18,202 bases of DNA, taken from Candidatus Rokuibacteriota bacterium (GTDB lineage: Bacteria; Methylomirabilota; Methylomirabilia; Rokubacteriales; DASRDR01). A model generated the notes under the pieces. That model was not told the DNA's origin and did no database searches. It saw only the letters and a program-made list of their open reading frames with translations. The stretch is taken from NCBI GenBank assembly GCA_044866005.1, contig JBIOTN010000112.1, positions 1-18,202 of the forward strand, in the 5' to 3' direction. Below, piece after piece: positions 14,185 through 18,202 of this stretch. Position 1 is the first letter of the stretch; every line of letters begins with the position of its first letter. A program made the position numbers and the translations under genes.

Positions 14185-15480
14185 TCACAGGAGCGAGCGC
14201 TGGAGCTTCGTGAGCTCCTTCAGGCCCTGCGGGACCGTCAGGCTGCCCCGGATCAGGTTGTGGGCGATGGGGACCGCCTTGGCGTCGTACTCCCCGTACC
14301 AGGGCTCCTTGTAGGCCGCGATCGCCTTGCCCTTCTCGTATTGCCGGCGCAGGAGCTTGAGGTCCACCCAGCGGTCGTAGGAGGCGATGATCTCCGGGTG
14401 GTCGTACATCTCGGGGTAGGGGTTGTCGAGGCCCGAGATGAGGCACCACTGCCGCTGCACGTACCACTCGCCGGTGAGGTTGCCGCCGAGGAACCGGGCG
14501 AGCTTCCACGCGTCGTCGAGCACCTTGGTCTTGGCGTTGATGGTGTAGGAGTCGGTCCACATGTAGGTCTGGCCCGTGCCCGGGTACATCGTCATCTTGG
14601 CCTTCTTCGGCGCGAGCTTCGAGTTTTCCGGCTCGCCGGCGATCGTCTTGAGGTAGTAGGAGTGGTTCGTGTGGTAGGCGTACCGTCCGGTCCAGAAGAG
14701 CCGGTGCGTGTCGGTGGAGGAGGTCTTCGTGAGGACCTCCGGGTTCACCAGCTCGGCTTTCCACACCTTCTGCCACCGCTCCATGGCGCGGGCCGCGCCG
14801 GGCTCCTGGTCGACGATCAGCTGGTTCTTCGCGTCGAAGACCTGGGCGCCCTCGGAGAAGCAGTCCGTCATGAGCTGCGGCATGGTGCCGGAAGGGCTCA
14901 CGTTCCAGTTCGGCAGGAAGGGCGTATCGCTCACCTTGTCTTTCTTGAGCTTCGCGCAGTGCTCGATCAGCTCGTCCCAGCTCTTGGCCGGCGCCTTGAT
15001 GCCGGCCTGCTGCAGCATCGGCTCGTTGTAGATGAGGATGAAGAGGCTCGTGAAGTAGGGAAGCGCCGCGAGCTTGCCGTCCTTGTTCTTGAGGCTCTCG
15101 AGGTTCGCCGGGGTCATCTTCCGCTTCAGCTCGTCGATGCCCGGCAGGTCGTCCAGCGGGCGGATCAGCCCGTTCTCGTACCAGCGCTCGCGGTAGTTGT
15201 GGGCGCAGTACATCACGTCGAGAAGCTCGCCGGCGAAGGCGCGGGTCTCGATGGTCGGATGGTACTGGGCCCAGGGGATCGCCTCGTACTTCACCTGTCC
15301 GCCGAACTTCTGGTTGTAGTGGGTGACGTAGTCCTTGACGGTGTCGGGCTTGAACACCCAGCCGACGAAATTGACGGGCTTGTCCGCCCGCGCCGTCCCG
15401 GCGAGGCCGTCGGCCAGGACGGCCGAGGCGCCGAGCAGTCCCGCGGTCTTGAGAAACGTGCGGCGGTCCGTCGTGCTCAT
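14185..15480 (-). CDS. Carbohydrate ABC transporter extracellular solute-binding protein (family 1) with Tat signal
   Basis: SD GAGGAGG, ATG 15480. MSTTDRRTFLK twin-arginine motif and ..ARA-D cleavage site. GLIRPLDD, DGKLAALPY...LIYN..ML..AGI..P.KSWDEL is an SBP_bac_1 pattern. Confidence 0.9.
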   Translation of the reverse strand: MSTTDRRTFLKTAGLLGASAVLADGLAGTARADKPVNFVGWVFKPDTVKDYVTHYNQKFGGQVKYEAIPWAQYHPTIETRAFAGELLDVMYCAHNYRERWYENGLIRPLDDLPGIDELKRKMTPANLESLKNKDGKLAALPYFTSLFILIYNEPMLQQAGIKAPAKSWDELIEHCAKLKKDKVSDTPFLPNWNVSPSGTMPQLMTDCFSEGAQVFDAKNQLIVDQEPGAARAMERWQKVWKAELVNPEVLTKTSSTDTHRLFWTGRYAYHTNHSYYLKTIAGEPENSKLAPKKAKMTMYPGTGQTYMWTDSYTINAKTKVLDDAWKLARFLGGNLTGEWYVQRQWCLISGLDNPYPEMYDHPEIIASYDRWVDLKLLRRQYEKGKAIAAYKEPWYGEYDAKAVPIAHNLIRGSLTVPQGLKELTKLQRSLL

Positions 15481-15576
15481 GGTCTCCTCCTCTGAGCGCC
15501 GTCGGGCGTCAGGCCAGGGGCGGGCGCGGGCTCCGGCTCGTGAACGAACGGGCCCCTCTCTCGTCGCGGTGTCGCG

Positions 15577-15606
15577 ATTGTGGGCGCCGCCGCGCGCGGC
15601 TGTCAA
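15577..15606 (-). promoter_or_regulatory. Putative sigma70 promoter for the ABC importer
   Basis: TTGACA (15606-15601), 18 nt spacer, CACAAT (15582-15577), in the gap between eboF and the SBP gene. Confidence 0.55.
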
Positions 15607-15618
15607 GGGCTCCCCGCC

Positions 15619-16995
15619 TCAGGGCCGGAAGAGGTGGTCGAGGACCAGGGCCTTGACGTCCGTCGCGGACAGCGTCGCGGCGGGCAGGAGATCGGGCTCG
15701 CTCGAGAGGAGCACGGGCCCGGGGGCGCCGTCCGCCGGCAACCGGCCGTGGGAGCCCTTGACGAGGCCCGCGTCCAGGGGGATCACGTCCATCAAGTAGC
15801 GGAAGCCGAGCGCCTTCTTGGCCAGCGTCCACCCGATCCTGAGCTTCGGCGCCCTGAGCGCGGGGTCGAGGAACAGCTCGACCGGATCGTAGCCGGGCTT
15901 GCGGTGGATGTCGACGGTCCGGGCGAAGTCGGGGGCGACCGCGTCGTCCAGCCAGTAGTAGTAGGTGAACCACCGGTCGGGGCGCGCGATCGCCACGAGC
16001 TCGCCGGCCCGCGGGTGGTCGAGCGCGTGGGCGCGCTTGCCCGTGTCGTCGAGGACCGCCTCGACGCCGGGGAGCGTCTCGAGCAGGCGCCGGACCTCGG
16101 GGACGCGCTCCGGGCGCCTGACGTAGACGTGGGCCACCTGGTGGTCCGCCACGGCGAACGCCTCGGACGCTCCCGCGTCGAGCAGCTCGCGCCCGAGCTC
16201 GGTCCGGACCCGGGTGAGCTTGGCCTCCCGGAGCGCGCGGTTCACGTGGACGGCGCCGCTGACGGCGGTGATCCCGTACTCCGAGAGGACGACCACGCGG
16301 GCCCCGTCCCGGCGGACGTGCCCGATCAGCTCGCCGGCGATCCCGTCGATCGCGGCGAGGTCCTTCCGGATGTCGGGGTGGTGCGGGCCGAGACGCTGGA
16401 GGTTGTAGTCGAGGTGCGGGAGGTAGACGAGCGTGAGCGTCGGCCGGCGCGTGTCGTAGACGTGGCGCGCGCAGTCGGCGATCCAGCGACTCGCCGCGAG
16501 ATCGGTGGCCGGGCCCCAGAACTGGAAGAGCGGGAACTGGCCGAGGCGGGCATTCAGCTCGTCACGGAGCTCCGCTGGCTGCGTGTAGATGTCAGGGATC
16601 TTCCGGCCGTCGGCGGGGTACATCGGGCGCGGCGTCACCGACCACGTCGCCGCGCTGTGCATGTTGTACCACCAGAACAGCTTGGCGCACGTGAACGCCG
16701 GGTCACGCCGTTGGGCGGCCTCCCAGACCTTCTCCCCGGCGACCAGCCGGTTCGACTGACGCCAGAGCCAGACCTCCGACAGGTCGCGGAAGTACCAGCC
16801 GTTGGCGACGACGCCATGGCCCCGCGGGAGGAGCCCGGTGGTGAGCGTGGCCTGCACGGAGCAGGTGACGGCCGGGAGGATCGTGCGGAGGGGGCGGGAG
16901 GCGCCCTCACGCGCGAGAGCGGCGAGGCTCGGAGTCGCGTCGCCGACGAGCTCACCGGTCAGCCCGACGACGAGAAGGACGAGCGTCCGGTGCAC
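15619..16995 (-). CDS. eboF: EboF, alkaline phosphatase superfamily nucleotide pyrophosphatase/phosphodiesterase
   Basis: LPAVTCSVQAT (catalytic Thr), HGVVANGWYFRD, FWWYNM, YLPHLDYNLQR, LSEYGI, VADHQVAHVY, DIHRKPGYDPVELF, VKGSHGR. Confidence 0.9.
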   Translation of the reverse strand: MHRTLVLLVVGLTGELVGDATPSLAALAREGASRPLRTILPAVTCSVQATLTTGLLPRGHGVVANGWYFRDLSEVWLWRQSNRLVAGEKVWEAAQRRDPAFTCAKLFWWYNMHSAATWSVTPRPMYPADGRKIPDIYTQPAELRDELNARLGQFPLFQFWGPATDLAASRWIADCARHVYDTRRPTLTLVYLPHLDYNLQRLGPHHPDIRKDLAAIDGIAGELIGHVRRDGARVVVLSEYGITAVSGAVHVNRALREAKLTRVRTELGRELLDAGASEAFAVADHQVAHVYVRRPERVPEVRRLLETLPGVEAVLDDTGKRAHALDHPRAGELVAIARPDRWFTYYYWLDDAVAPDFARTVDIHRKPGYDPVELFLDPALRAPKLRIGWTLAKKALGFRYLMDVIPLDAGLVKGSHGRLPADGAPGPVLLSSEPDLLPAATLSATDVKALVLDHLFRP

Positions 16996-17042
16996 GGGCT
17001 GGGGTCGGGCGCGCCGGCCCGATGGCCGCCGTGCCGCGTGGA

Positions 17043-17957
17043 TCAGGCGCCCCGCCGCGCCGGGTCGCCGGGCGCGCCGGTGACCCGGGGGGCCTGGCCG
17101 CGCAGGACCGAGTTCCCCTCGAACAGCTGGCTCTGGTCGATGGCGGGTTCCGCCTCGAGCGCTGCGGAGTCCAGCTGCCCGCTCTGGGCGAAGAAGGCCA
17201 CGGGGTTGTCCCAGGCGACCCGCCGGACGTCGGCCTCGGCGATCCCGCTCTCGCGCATGAGGGCGACCGTCTTCGGCACCTTGAGGGGGTCGCTCACTCC
17301 CCAGTCCGCCGCGCTGTTGATCAGGATCCGCTCGGTCCCGTAACGCTTCACCAGCGCGACCATGCGGGGTTCGTCCATCTTCGTGAAGGGGTAGATGGAG
17401 TGGCCGGCCCAGCAGCCGGTCGCGAGCACGAGCGGCAGCGTCTCCTCGGTGTTGTGGTCGACGAGCACCCGCCCTTCCGGGAAGCCGACGTCCCGGACCA
17501 GGGCGAGGCTCCGCTCGGTGCCCCGCTTCTTGTCCCGGTGCGGGGTGTGGATCAGGACCGGCAGGTCGAAGCGGAGCGCGAGCTCGAGCTGGGCGGCGAA
17601 GTATTTCTCTTCCTCGGGAGTCTGGTCGTCGAAGCCGATCTCCCCGACCGCCACGACGCCGTCCTTCGCGAGGTAGCGCGGCAGGAGCTCGATCACGCCG
17701 GGCGCGACGCGCCGGTTGTTCGCCTCCTTCGGGTTCAAGGACAGCGTGCAGAAGTGGTGCACGCCGAACTGACTCGCACGGAAGCGCTCCCAGCCGAGCA
17801 GCCCGTTGAAGTAGTCCTCGAAGGTGCCGACGTGGGTCCGCGGTTGCCCGAGCCAGAACGACGGCTCGACGATGGCGGCGATGCCGGCCTGGGCCATCGC
17901 CTCGTAGTCGAGGGTCGTCCGCGAGGTCATGTGGATGTGCGGATCGAAAAGCTTCAT
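17043..17957 (-). CDS. eboB: EboB, TatD-family hydrolase
   Basis: ATG 17957 overlaps the eboA stop (ATGA). FDPHIHMTSRTT.DYEAM, EPSFWLGQPRT, LNPKEANN, VGEIGFD, IHTPHRDKKRGT, DHNTEET, INSAADWGVSDPL.VPKT. Confidence 0.92.
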   Translation of the reverse strand: MKLFDPHIHMTSRTTLDYEAMAQAGIAAIVEPSFWLGQPRTHVGTFEDYFNGLLGWERFRASQFGVHHFCTLSLNPKEANNRRVAPGVIELLPRYLAKDGVVAVGEIGFDDQTPEEEKYFAAQLELALRFDLPVLIHTPHRDKKRGTERSLALVRDVGFPEGRVLVDHNTEETLPLVLATGCWAGHSIYPFTKMDEPRMVALVKRYGTERILINSAADWGVSDPLKVPKTVALMRESGIAEADVRRVAWDNPVAFFAQSGQLDSAALEAEPAIDQSQLFEGNSVLRGQAPRVTGAPGDPARRGA

Positions 17958-18202
17958 GCCCGGCTCCCGTTCTCGCCCAGAAGGTAGGTGACGTCGTCCG
18001 GAACGCTCCGGCCCGCCGCCCGCCGCTCGCTGGCGTAGTCGGCGGCCATCCGCCGGAGCTCCGCCGTGATCCGGGTCTCGAGCCCGAGGATACGCCCGAC
18101 GGCGACGCCGACGAAGACGGCTTTCAGGACCATCTGGTTGAAGCTCGGCTCGGGGAAGTGCGCCGCCGGGTCCGGGTTCTCGCACGCGATCGCCTCGAAG
18201 AG
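17954..18202 (-). CDS. eboA: EboA family protein, C-terminal fragment (runs off the right edge)
   Basis: Not in the ORF track. Manual translation LFEAIACENPDPAAHFPEPSFNQMVLKAVFVGVAVGRILGLETRITAELRRMAADYASERRAAGRSVPDD...* matches the EboA C-terminal pattern (AIA..NP.P...F....FNQMVLKA.F......I.GL..R...L......ER.AAGR.VP). Directly upstream of eboB. Confidence 0.88.
   Translation of the reverse strand, partial: LFEAIACENPDPAAHFPEPSFNQMVLKAVFVGVAVGRILGLETRITAELRRMAADYASERRAAGRSVPDDVTYLLGENGSRA

Overview
Very GC-rich, gene-dense bacterial window. The gene style (PF04392-type binding protein, 'DRR..ERR' hypothetical, G/C-run intergenic palindromes) suggests Candidatus Rokubacteria/Methylomirabilota; this is inference only. 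From left to right on the minus strand: the 5' end of a DUF885-like gene and a hypothetical protein. Next is a plus-strand thiol/selenium redox block: DUF1326 protein, CefD/Egt2/LCD-like PLP enzyme, a secreted peroxiredoxin-like SELENOPROTEIN, a TlpA/ResA thioredoxin and an ABC substrate-binding protein. The ORF track splits the selenoprotein in two; it has an in-frame TGA at 3224 in the catalytic position, followed by a SECIS-like hairpin. A probable operon follows: PQQ sugar dehydrogenase, cytochrome cL-like protein, eboD-eboE-eboC. Then come a stand-alone GAF protein and an RRM RNA-binding protein that appears to start at ATT. Converging from the right are eboA(partial)-eboB-eboF and a carbohydrate ABC importer (Tat-exported binding protein plus two permeases, no ATPase in the window). 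All six ebo genes are present, split into two convergent halves and linked to periplasmic sugar oxidation and sugar uptake genes. A family of REP-like palindromes sits in several intergenic gaps. No rRNA, tRNA, CRISPR or transposase was seen. All family assignments come from motif recognition by eye, not database searches.
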